Positions 16,393 through 24,724 are shown, counted from the stretch's first letter. The stretch is DNA of 35,093 bases from a virus (IMGVR_UViG_3300030329_004417:1-35093); one strand, 5' to 3'. Numbers and translations: made by a program. The notes: generated from the sequence alone by a model not told the origin.

Positions 16393-16785
16393 TTAGACCG
16401 GCGCGTCAGCGAAAGTGCGACCGCAGATCGTTACGTCGTTGCCTTTCTTGATCGCGCCGCGAAGGACGTTACCGAGGTTCATCCGCTGCATACCGGGATT
16501 CAAGTGGCCCCAGCGATCCAGAACGTCGATCCCCGCGTCTTTTTTGGCGCTCGGGAGAACATCGGCCTCGAAGTCCAACTCCTTGAGGAACGTGGCGAGG
16601 TCGTCACCGTTGTTACCCGTCTTGCCGTACTGCCGCTTGTACTTCTCCGGGACGACGCTCTTGGGGGTGGGCGCTTCGTCGTCTTCGATCGACGGGTCGG
16701 CGTCCAACTCGACGAGCTTCTGTGCGTCGGCTTGGTCTTTGGTCAGCTTGGATTCGGTCTTCGCGTCTTTCGTTTTTTTCGCCAT
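16393..16785 (-). CDS. hypothetical protein with NNGDD...LNPGMxRMNLGN domain (first early gene)
   Basis: AAGGAG RBS; paralogue of 14634-15278; directly after the promoter-like site at 16.85 kb. Confidence 0.75.
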   Translation of the reverse strand: MAKKTKDAKTESKLTKDQADAQKLVELDADPSIEDDEAPTPKSVVPEKYKRQYGKTGNNGDDLATFLKELDFEADVLPSAKKDAGIDVLDRWGHLNPGMQRMNLGNVLRGAIKKGNDVTICGRTFADAPV

Positions 16786-16842
16786 GGTGTGGCTCCTTCT
16801 CTACTCTCTGGTTCGGGGCTGTGTTGCCCCATCAACCCAACC

Positions 16843-16878
16843 AAAAAAGCACAGCCGGGTTGCCGTGTCAAGAGGAAG
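16843..16878 (-). promoter_or_regulatory. putative early promoter
   Basis: Perfect TTGACA (16871-16866). Shares CTTCCTCTTGAC and CTGTGCT, at identical spacing, with the 13.95-kb promoter. The -10 position is atypical (TTTTTT). Confidence 0.55.
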
Positions 16879-17272
16879 ACGAGGGGCGCGACACTCTGTC
16901 GCATGTTGGCGACGAGGCGGAGCCGGGACGAACGGCGCACGAGCTGCGTTGCGGGACGCTTGACGGTGCTCAACGAACAGCGTAGAGTAACGGGATGAAC
17001 GCCGCTAGACAGCCAGAAGAGCGAACCGGGTGAGTACGTCACGAACCCGCAACCATGCCGGGCCGCTGTGTTGCTCGTCCCCGTTCGAGCCGCATTCGCC
17101 TTGCGCAGCGCGACGCCGGAAGCCCGACAAAGGGAAAAAGGAACGCGCGTTCTTTTTGGAAGGACCCAGCGCCGCCGGAACGGCATCGATTTTTGGACTA
17201 AGCGCCATCAGGTCACTTGATATATATTGTACTGACACGATGCGAGATATTACATTTTTCCATGCTTTCTGT

Positions 17273-17555
17273 TATGTATGTAGAGTATGTGTAGGGGGTA
17301 GGACCCAGCGCACCCACTACACGACAGCCCGCGTCCGTCGCGGCCTCTGGCCCTCTCGACCTATCTGTAGTGGGTGTAGAGTATCGGAGGCGCACTCCTC
17401 CCGGTCGCTCTCCTCTATCATCCTCTATATACTCCCCCATGAGAGAGGGGGTAGGACCCACTACATACCCTACATCTGGCTCTGGCCCGCGTCCGTCGCG
17501 GGCTCTGGTGTAGGGGGTACATACTCTACAGTACTCTACACACCCACTACAGCAA
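17273..17555. repeat. iteron/palindrome element R, at the early/late strand switch
   Basis: Same TGTAG/CTACA units as element L. CCGCGTCCGTCGCGG at 17329-17343 and 17487-17501. 17532-17555 is the exact reverse complement of 14368-14391. Confidence 0.9.
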
Positions 17556-17567
17556 GACGAGGACCCG

Positions 17568-17936
17568 ATGGAGCGTAAGATAGTATATCGCGGAGTCCCT
17601 TGGTTTCATTGGCGCGGGTGGGGCTTCACTGTTCAGCAGGAATTATTTTGCTGGGAATATGCTTATCACGGCTCGAATGCTCGCGCTGCGCGTATGAGCC
17701 ATAAAGGGGGTAGGCATAGTTGGATTGGACGACGTTTGAGAAGGCAAGAAAAAATTTTGGAACGGATCCAATTTTTGCGGAAGAAACATAAAGAAGGGGT
17801 AATTGACCTTGCCAAAGGACCCTACGAGTATTATAATATACCTAAGAAGGAAAATGTAGAACACTACAAGCGCGCGCCAAACCTTTATCAGGAGTTGAAA
17901 GACCGTGAGCAGCGACGAAGACTTGCCAGCGATTGA
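17568..17936 (+). CDS. terminase small subunit-like HTH protein
   Basis: FTVQQELFCWEY....NARAAR......IGRRL....KILERIQFL resembles the TerS N-terminal HTH. Confidence 0.5.
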   Translation: MERKIVYRGVPWFHWRGWGFTVQQELFCWEYAYHGSNARAARMSHKGGRHSWIGRRLRRQEKILERIQFLRKKHKEGVIDLAKGPYEYYNIPKKENVEHYKRAPNLYQELKDREQRRRLASD

Positions 17937-18399
17937 ACCTATACCCAATGAAGGGTTCTCCCATATTCAACAGGATATTCGGGAGAAAATGACGATTAAG
18001 CAGTTACTATTCGTCGAGGCGTTCATACGTAATATGGGGGATCGGAGCGCGACTGCGGTGGAATTGGATGTGTCCAGAGATACCGTGAATAGATGGTTGA
18101 AGATGGACAAGGTGAAGGACGAGATACTTGATGCCCTCGAAGCCCTGCGGCAAGAAACTCGTCTAAATGCAACATGGGTCGTATCGAGGCTCATGCGCGA
18201 GGCTGATGGTGGGGTTAAGTCGTCGGAGAGGACATCGGCACTTAAGGAGCTAGCGAGGATAATGAACCTCGCAGACAAAGAGAGCGGGCTAGGCAAAAAC
18301 GATCCCAAAGACACGAAAGTTAGTATTACAATCAATTCAGAAAGGAAGAAGGATGGGAGTTACGGACCCCGAGACGACAGTAAGAGTGATTCAAACTGA
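17905..18399 (+). CDS. terS: terminase small subunit
   Basis: MTIKQLLFVEAF...TAVELDVSRDTVNRWLK (HTH) ... WVVSRL...SALKELARIM (oligomerisation helices); upstream of TerL. Confidence 0.7.
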   Translation: MSSDEDLPAIEPIPNEGFSHIQQDIREKMTIKQLLFVEAFIRNMGDRSATAVELDVSRDTVNRWLKMDKVKDEILDALEALRQETRLNATWVVSRLMREADGGVKSSERTSALKELARIMNLADKESGLGKNDPKDTKVSITINSERKKDGSYGPRDDSKSDSN

Positions 18400-18586
18400 A
18401 TACACAGTGGGGAACCCCCATCTGATTAAAGTGAAAGGACTCAACGAGGACCGGGAGGTAGTTTTTGTTGAAAGTTTGCATGTGGATGATATTGGTACGC
18501 ACGCAATCAGGGTGAATGATTACGTCCCAACCGACGATGGAATTATTTTGGTGGACGTTGACGTTAGGAAATGCGATGAGCACTGA
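18353..18586 (+). CDS. hypothetical protein
   Basis: 77 aa ORF bridging TerS and TerL, overlapping both. Confidence 0.45.
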   Translation: MGVTDPETTVRVIQTEYTVGNPHLIKVKGLNEDREVVFVESLHVDDIGTHAIRVNDYVPTDDGIILVDVDVRKCDEH

Positions 18587-20129
18587 GGAATTTGACTTTT
18601 CCGGAATAGAAAGTGACTTTGTAGAAAACTACGAACCGGAGGGAAACAATGTCATTGAGTATATATCAACTCCAACCATGTCCAAATTCCACACCATGGA
18701 TACCTTTGTGCGCGGAATACGTGGACCAATTGGCAGTGGTAAGTCGGTTGGTTGTTGCTTTGAAGTTTTTCTTAGATGCAAACAGCAGCGCCCAGATAAA
18801 AGTGGGATACGGCGAAGTCGCTGGGCCGTTATTCGAAATACGTATCCAGAACTTGAGACTACAACTATTAAGACATGGCTCGATTGGTTCCCTGAAAATA
18901 TATTCGGAAGATTTAGAAGACGGGTCCCATTCTTTCATCATATTCGGTATGACGACATTGACGCAGAAATTTATTTTCTCGCAATGGATAAACCGGATGA
19001 TGTTAAAAAACTCCTATCTCTTGAACTTACGGGCGTATGGGTCAACGAAGCGCGTGAAATTCCATTGGAAGTCGTCCAAACGTGTACGGAACGTGTCGGT
19101 AGATACCCTTCAAAACGCGCTGGAGGTCCAACGTGGTATGGGGTCATTATGGACACCAACCCGCCCGAGGAAAATCATTGGTGGGCTCAGTTTGAGGGAT
19201 TTACTGAGCTTGATGACGGGGTACTTAAACCGAATAACTGGGAATTTTTGACTCAACCGGGAGCGATGCTGGAGCGCAAAACTCCGGGAGGCGGAATAGA
19301 ATGGATATCGAATCCGGAGGCGGAAAATGCTGAAAATCTACCGGCAGACTATTATACCAATCTTATCCAAGGCAAGACGCACGCTCATATCCGCATTTAC
19401 GTGGGTAACAAATTCGGTTCGATCCTCGACGGGAAACTTGTCTACCCAAATTTCAACCCTGATGCACACATATCGAACGAACCCCTACGCTGGATACCGG
19501 GTCGAGTCATTACCGTTGGGCTTGATTTTGGTCGTACACCCGCAGCTAGCTTCTCCCAGCAAACTCCACGTGGTCAAATCCAAGATGTACATGAGTTGGT
19601 TTGCGAAGACATGGGTGCGGAAAATTTTGCCAAAGCGCTTTACAACGAGTGTAAAACTGTCTTTCCAGATGCAAAGTTTAATTTCTGGGGGGACCCCTCT
19701 GGAGGTTTCGGAGGACAATCCGATGAACGGACATACTTTGATATACTTAGAGCCAACAGGATTGTTGTTAGGGGCGCTCCAACTCAAAATAAGGCGGATC
19801 GACTCTCGGCAGGTGAAGCATGTCTCAGTCGACTGGTTGACGGACAGCCCGGATACCTTATCTCGCCTACGTGTTTTATGCTTAAGCAAGGATTTACCGG
19901 GGGATTCCACTATCGAAAACTCAAGACTCCTGGGAAAACTCGGTACGCGGAAGACTGGGAGAAGAACGAATACTCGCACATACATGAAGCCCGACAATAC
20001 GCCTACTGCGGTATGGGGGAGATCAAGGTAGTTAAAGGTAAAAATAAAAGAAAGGATGAACGATGGAATCTAGGGGGATCACGCAGGCGTACTTTCAAAG
20101 CAAAGACTGGATTCAGCCCACTGAGGTAG
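18576..20129 (+). CDS. terL: terminase large subunit
   Basis: Walker A GPIGSGKS, IRNTYPEL, Walker B WVNEARE, DTNPP, and nuclease motifs GLDFGRTPA, GDPSG and KNEYSH. Confidence 0.95.
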   Translation: MSTEEFDFSGIESDFVENYEPEGNNVIEYISTPTMSKFHTMDTFVRGIRGPIGSGKSVGCCFEVFLRCKQQRPDKSGIRRSRWAVIRNTYPELETTTIKTWLDWFPENIFGRFRRRVPFFHHIRYDDIDAEIYFLAMDKPDDVKKLLSLELTGVWVNEAREIPLEVVQTCTERVGRYPSKRAGGPTWYGVIMDTNPPEENHWWAQFEGFTELDDGVLKPNNWEFLTQPGAMLERKTPGGGIEWISNPEAENAENLPADYYTNLIQGKTHAHIRIYVGNKFGSILDGKLVYPNFNPDAHISNEPLRWIPGRVITVGLDFGRTPAASFSQQTPRGQIQDVHELVCEDMGAENFAKALYNECKTVFPDAKFNFWGDPSGGFGGQSDERTYFDILRANRIVVRGAPTQNKADRLSAGEACLSRLVDGQPGYLISPTCFMLKQGFTGGFHYRKLKTPGKTRYAEDWEKNEYSHIHEARQYAYCGMGEIKVVKGKNKRKDERWNLGGSRRRTFKAKTGFSPLR

Positions 20130-20584
20130 TATGGCACGTAGCCTTCATCGATTATAGGACAATTCTACCCGTATCAGGGAAGAAGTCCGGAATCCCGTGG
20201 TATATACGTTGGTTTACTAAAAAGGTTAAGTATAACCATTGTTGTGCATTTACGTACGAAGCGGCCATGGATTCTTGGGTGGTAATTGATCCTCTTATTT
20301 GGCAAACCAAGGTGGATATCATACCGCAGGATTTTTTGAGAACGTCCGGATTTTCTGGTCTTGATGATTTTCTCCACGAAGAAGTAGGAGCAAAGGTCGT
20401 AGCGTGGATGAATAAGCCGAATATACGCACCGTTCCTACTCTATTGCCTCACTCATGTGTATCTGTGGTAAAATCGCTTTTTGGGATAAGATCGTGGAGA
20501 ATTATCTCCCCTTATCAACTCTATAGATACCTCATTAAGGAGGGTGGTCTTGAGTTTAGCACCGACACCAAAATCACCGGATAA
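20063..20584 (+). CDS. hypothetical protein, permuted papain/NlpC-P60-like (His before Cys)
   Basis: Y.HC...W...DP ... SCVSVVK..FGI.....SPYQLYRYL; start uncertain. Confidence 0.5.
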   Translation: MESRGITQAYFQSKDWIQPTEVVWHVAFIDYRTILPVSGKKSGIPWYIRWFTKKVKYNHCCAFTYEAAMDSWVVIDPLIWQTKVDIIPQDFLRTSGFSGLDDFLHEEVGAKVVAWMNKPNIRTVPTLLPHSCVSVVKSLFGIRSWRIISPYQLYRYLIKEGGLEFSTDTKITG

Positions 20585-20786
20585 TTCGGCTTTGAAAGAG
20601 CAACAGGCGCTAGCGCGCCAGCGTCAAGCCGAAGCAGATGATCAAACGCGGATCGAGAAGGAGCAACTTCTCGCCGAATCCCGCGCAGTGCGATCGGGCG
20701 TCACGGGCCGAATCGGGCTCTTCGGGGATCGCCCCGATGGCGAGACTGAAACTGGAGTCCCGGACAAAACGACTCTTGGTGTTTAA
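20544..20786 (+). CDS. small virion/head-associated protein
   Basis: AP.P..PD...helical...TTLG pattern typical of the gene just before the portal in podoviruses. Confidence 0.5.
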   Translation: MVLSLAPTPKSPDNSALKEQQALARQRQAEADDQTRIEKEQLLAESRAVRSGVTGRIGLFGDRPDGETETGVPDKTTLGV

Positions 20787-22328
20787 ATGACCGGTACCGT
20801 TCCCGAATTTCGCAAGTATAATGCCAACAAAAGGCGGCGCGACCAATGGCTTGGTTATTGGCGCGATATATACGAGCTTGCGATTCCCAATCGGGACCTA
20901 ACTTCTGATCATATGGAAGGAGCGCGAAAGCACGGTCGAGTTTATGACTCCACTGCGGTCGATTCTACAGGAAACTTCGCAAATTTTGTCCAGTCCACTA
21001 TGGTTCCTGCTGACCAATGGTGGGTTAATTTTGTGGCTGGTTCTGATATTCCTGATGAACTCAAGCCACAGGCAAACGCGCTCTTATCCGTTGTGCAGCA
21101 AGAATTTTTCAACCTCTTGTCGCAGACGAACTTCGACGACGAAGTTAACGAAGCCTTCCACGATCTCGCTGTCGGGACCTGTTCCATGCTCACACAGGAT
21201 TACGACGACGAGCAACCCGCAGTAAACAGCGCAGTACCATCACCGTCGCTCGTATTTGTGGAGGGACCAAATGGGTCGATTTGGGGAACGTTTCGAGACT
21301 TTAGTAAAACAATTGACGTTATCAAGCATGAATGGCCAGGAGCCGAAATTCCTCAAGAGACGGCCCGCATCATGCTCGAAAAACCCGACGAAAAAATCAA
21401 ACTGCTCGAATCCTGCCTCTACAACCCAAATGAGAGACGGTGGGATTACAAAATCTTTCTACAGAAGGACGAAAAGCAGATATTCGGGGATGAACACGAC
21501 ACAAATCCTTGGTCTCACGGAAGATGGTCAAAAGTTCCCGGAGAAATCTACGGTCGCGGACCTCTCATTAATGCCTTGCCAGATATCAAAACGCTCAACG
21601 CGGCACTAGAACTTATCCTACAAAACGCGACCATCGCCATTAGTGGTGTTTATACTGCAGCGGATGATGGTGTCCTCGATCCGGAGGAAGTCGTTATCGA
21701 GCCGGGTGCCGTAATCCCTGTTGGTTTCAATGGAGGAGTAAATGGTCGGTCTTTGGACGCGTTGCCGCGATCGGGTGACTTTGATCTGGGCAATATTGTT
21801 ATTGAAGATTTACGTCAGTCTATTAAGCGTAAGTTACAAGATGATATCATGGACCCTCTGGACCAAGCTGTCCGCTCTGCAGAGGAAGTCCGGGATCGCG
21901 CTGGAAGGCGTGTTGAGCAAGTGCCACAGGCGTTTGGGCGAGTTGAAACGGAATTTGTCAAAAGTTTGATTGCTCGCCATTTGGACATCTTCCAGAAGGC
22001 CGGTCGTCTCCCGCCATTCAATTTGGACGGTCGAGAAGTAGATATTAAATTTGTCTCTCCATTGGCTCAGCTGCAAGCACGAAAGAATTTACAGGATTTA
22101 GTGGAGACGAACGGTGTCGCTAATAGCATCTTTCCCGGACTCGGGATGGTTATGTGGCAACCGGGTAAGTTGGTTGAATATATCACGGAACAAACAGGGA
22201 TTCCGCCTCAGTTAACAAACAACGAGGAAATGATCAACCAGTTGATTGCTTCGGGGATGGAAGCACAAGCGCAGGGCGAAGATGTAGTGGGTCCCGCGTC
22301 TCGGTTGATCCAAGCATCAAGTGGCTAA
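20787..22328 (+). CDS. portal (head-to-tail connector) protein, T7 gp8-like
   Basis: VYDSTA, RWSKVPGEIYGRGP, ALPDIKTLN, SAEEV and FVSPLAQ. Confidence 0.93.
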   Translation: MTGTVPEFRKYNANKRRRDQWLGYWRDIYELAIPNRDLTSDHMEGARKHGRVYDSTAVDSTGNFANFVQSTMVPADQWWVNFVAGSDIPDELKPQANALLSVVQQEFFNLLSQTNFDDEVNEAFHDLAVGTCSMLTQDYDDEQPAVNSAVPSPSLVFVEGPNGSIWGTFRDFSKTIDVIKHEWPGAEIPQETARIMLEKPDEKIKLLESCLYNPNERRWDYKIFLQKDEKQIFGDEHDTNPWSHGRWSKVPGEIYGRGPLINALPDIKTLNAALELILQNATIAISGVYTAADDGVLDPEEVVIEPGAVIPVGFNGGVNGRSLDALPRSGDFDLGNIVIEDLRQSIKRKLQDDIMDPLDQAVRSAEEVRDRAGRRVEQVPQAFGRVETEFVKSLIARHLDIFQKAGRLPPFNLDGREVDIKFVSPLAQLQARKNLQDLVETNGVANSIFPGLGMVMWQPGKLVEYITEQTGIPPQLTNNEEMINQLIASGMEAQAQGEDVVGPASRLIQASSG

Positions 22329-22599
22329 ATCACGAATCGATCCTCCTTTTTTCCCGAGTGAGCCGGATCAAGACGATCCGAAAGCGAAATCTACGTATCG
22401 GGAATTATGCGACAATTTTAATAAAACCTTTAGTACTCCAGCAGGGCAAAGAGTGTTGGAGTACTGGGAAAAGCAGTTTATGAGTCAGCCTGTGGCACGA
22501 CCGGATATAGATGCACAAGTGGCATTTTTCCGGGAGGGGCAGAATTCAATTATCAGGGATGCGCTAGTAAAGATCAATAGATCGAAGGAAGGTAAATAA
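22321..22599 (+). CDS. Bbp19-like phage protein
   Basis: TFSTPAGQRVL...FFREGQNSII; position between portal and scaffold. Confidence 0.7.
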   Translation: MAKSRIDPPFFPSEPDQDDPKAKSTYRELCDNFNKTFSTPAGQRVLEYWEKQFMSQPVARPDIDAQVAFFREGQNSIIRDALVKINRSKEGK

Positions 22600-23498
22600 T
22601 GGCCGAAGATGCCGGTGCCGGTGGCAGTGAAAGTTTATTCGATGACAGTGGAGAGGGAAAATCAGAAGAAGGAAAAAAGCCCGACCTCCCGATCGAAGAT
22701 GGAGAAGAGGGAAAACAAGAGGAAGGCGAACCGGGGAAAGTCGCAAAAGATGAACCTGGGTCTTCTCAGAAGCAAATCGATGGCGCACCAGTTGAGGGTG
22801 AGGAAGGCGAAAAAGAACCTTTAGACCTCCCCTTTGTTCTCGGCGAAGAATTTGATATCGAGAAAGTTCCGGACAAGTTCAAAGACGAAGACGGCAAAAT
22901 CGACGTTGAAAAGTTCCTTAAAAGCTACGAGGAGCTTGAGAAGCAGTTCCATGAGGGCCGCGCTCCGGAAGAATACGAAATCTCCGACGTTGAGATTGAG
23001 GGTAAGAAAATTCTTTCGGCAGACGAGTATAAAGAAGACCCGATGTATGTTGGGTTTTCGTCCATGGCGAAGGAACTCGGCCTTTCTCAAGAAGCTCACG
23101 ATAAATTGGCCCATGAATTTATCAAGCTGAACATCGACAATTTTATGGCAAACATGGAATTGGAGCGGGAGCGTCTTGGTGATCAGGCTGATGCCGTAAT
23201 CAAGAAAAACAAGGATTTTTATCAAAACAATCTCTCGGAAGATGGATTTGCTACGATGAAGTCTTTGGCAATCTCTGCCGAAGCAGTTCATCTTTTCAAC
23301 GAAATTCGCACTAAGGTGCTGAAAGCTCCGATACCGGGTGACGAAGGGGATGTTGGAGAATCCTTGACCCTCGAAGAGTTACGCGGTATGATGAGGGACC
23401 CGAGATACCACGACCAGAGCCAACGCGATGCAGCGTTTGTGAAGCAAGTGGATGAAGGGTTTAAGAAATTGTTTCCTGAGAAGCAAAAGGGCGGATAA
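22599..23498 (+). CDS. capsid assembly scaffolding protein
   Basis: Acidic; P.KF.....D...KSY.ELEK, AKELGLSQE and C-terminal MMRDPRY; upstream of the major capsid gene. Confidence 0.85.
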   Translation: MAEDAGAGGSESLFDDSGEGKSEEGKKPDLPIEDGEEGKQEEGEPGKVAKDEPGSSQKQIDGAPVEGEEGEKEPLDLPFVLGEEFDIEKVPDKFKDEDGKIDVEKFLKSYEELEKQFHEGRAPEEYEISDVEIEGKKILSADEYKEDPMYVGFSSMAKELGLSQEAHDKLAHEFIKLNIDNFMANMELERERLGDQADAVIKKNKDFYQNNLSEDGFATMKSLAISAEAVHLFNEIRTKVLKAPIPGDEGDVGESLTLEELRGMMRDPRYHDQSQRDAAFVKQVDEGFKKLFPEKQKGG

Positions 23499-23540
23499 CC
23501 GCAAGGCCCGCCAACTTTCGGCCCGTCAGGACAACCGAGA
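23490..23540 (+). promoter_or_regulatory. twin-hairpin RNA leader of the major capsid gene
   Basis: GGCGG-ATAA-CC-GCAA-GG-C-CCGCC and TTTCGG-C-CC-GTCA-GG-ACAA-CCGAGA. Confidence 0.55.
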
Positions 23541-23579
23541 GCAGACTGGGAAATGTCGTTTTAACAACGGAGAATCGAC

Positions 23580-24413
23580 ATGACTCAAGATGTGTCAGAT
23601 GCCTTTGTTGCCCAGTATGAATCGGAAGCCCATGAGGCATATCAGCGTCAAGGCTCTCGGTTGCGTAACACTGTTCGCAACAAGACAAACGTGGTAGGCA
23701 GCACCGATACCTTCCAGAAGACTGGTAAGGGAACGGCATCCACGAAAACTCGTCACGGCAAAGTACCTGTGATGAACGTTTCTCATGACCCGGTAACGTG
23801 TACCCTTTCGGATCACTATGCCGGTGATTGGGTCGACAAGCTCGACGAGCAAAAAATCACCATCGACGAACGCCAAGTTCTTTCGAACGCTGGCGCTTGG
23901 GCAATCGGTCGTAAGACCGACGAAATCATTTTCGACGCCCTCGGTGGTGCAACCCAACAGTCCGCTGCTGGCGGTGCCGGTATGACATTGGCCAAATTCC
24001 TGGAAGCCATTCGCACCCTTGGTGATAATGACGTTCCGATGGATGACGGCCAAATGTACTTGCCGGTTGGTTGGCAGGAATGGACCGATCTTCTCCAGAT
24101 TGACGAATTCAGTCACGCTGATTACGTCAGTTCGGAGCATCTTCCGTTCCGTGGGCGAGGTTTCCTCGCCAAGTGGTGGCATGGAGTGATGGTGTTCCCG
24201 CACTCCGGCGTCCCGGTTACTGCCGGTGACATTTCATCCTGCTTCATGTATCATACGTCCGCCATTGGCCATTGTGCCGGTGTCGAATTGACGGCTGATA
24301 TCACGTGGCATGGTGACTATGCCTCCCACTTCATCAATCACTTCATGTCGCAAGGCGCGGTGTTGATTGATGTGCTCGGCGTCCACGAAATCCTCTGTGA
24401 TCGCAGCCCGTAA
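23580..24413 (+). CDS. major capsid protein
   Basis: AFVAQYE.E...YQRQGSRLRNTVR...AGAWAIGRKTDEII...FSHADYV, typical of BPP-1/HTVC010P-like podovirus capsid proteins. Confidence 0.93.
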   Translation: MTQDVSDAFVAQYESEAHEAYQRQGSRLRNTVRNKTNVVGSTDTFQKTGKGTASTKTRHGKVPVMNVSHDPVTCTLSDHYAGDWVDKLDEQKITIDERQVLSNAGAWAIGRKTDEIIFDALGGATQQSAAGGAGMTLAKFLEAIRTLGDNDVPMDDGQMYLPVGWQEWTDLLQIDEFSHADYVSSEHLPFRGRGFLAKWWHGVMVFPHSGVPVTAGDISSCFMYHTSAIGHCAGVELTADITWHGDYASHFINHFMSQGAVLIDVLGVHEILCDRSP

Positions 24414-24442
24414 GAGCTAGGTCCAACTAAAGGAGTACGGAT

Positions 24443-24724
24443 ATGGCGTACGCAGCAGCAGGTCTGGTCCAAATCGCCAATGGCGGTGCGATCGGAACCG
24501 GTGAAGGATCGGTCAAACGAATCTTCCATTACGCGACCAACGATGCGGATACGGTCGTTGAAGCGGATGGCTACTTCGACAACACCGATCTCAATGATGG
24601 TGATCTTCTGGTTTGTTCCCTCGATGTCGATGGAACTGCGGAGATCAAGACATATATTGTCTCTGTCGGCACTGGCGACATTGACAGTAACGATGTTACC
24701 ATCGTGGCGATGCTCATTGCCTAA
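24443..24724 (+). CDS. small virion protein (capsid decoration-like)
   Basis: AAGGAG RBS; Y.T.D...V...GYF......GD motif; lies between the capsid gene and the terminator. Confidence 0.6.
   Translation: MAYAAAGLVQIANGGAIGTGEGSVKRIFHYATNDADTVVEADGYFDNTDLNDGDLLVCSLDVDGTAEIKTYIVSVGTGDIDSNDVTIVAMLIA

Noticed and set aside
16880-17210. Possible ~10-bp phasing of AA/TT steps, or an ncRNA, in the GC-rich gap before element R
   Set aside because: It looks suggestive by eye, but the spacing is irregular. It cannot be supported without autocorrelation or folding analysis.
17213-17235. Possible NrdR box (GATATATATTGTAC)
   Set aside because: Only the right half resembles the consensus, and there is no tandem second box.
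14368-17555. CRISPR array or transposon (terminal inverted repeats) interpretation of the repeat elements
   Set aside because: There is no regular repeat-spacer periodicity, no cas or transposase gene and no target-site duplication. The enclosed genes look like ordinary phage early genes.
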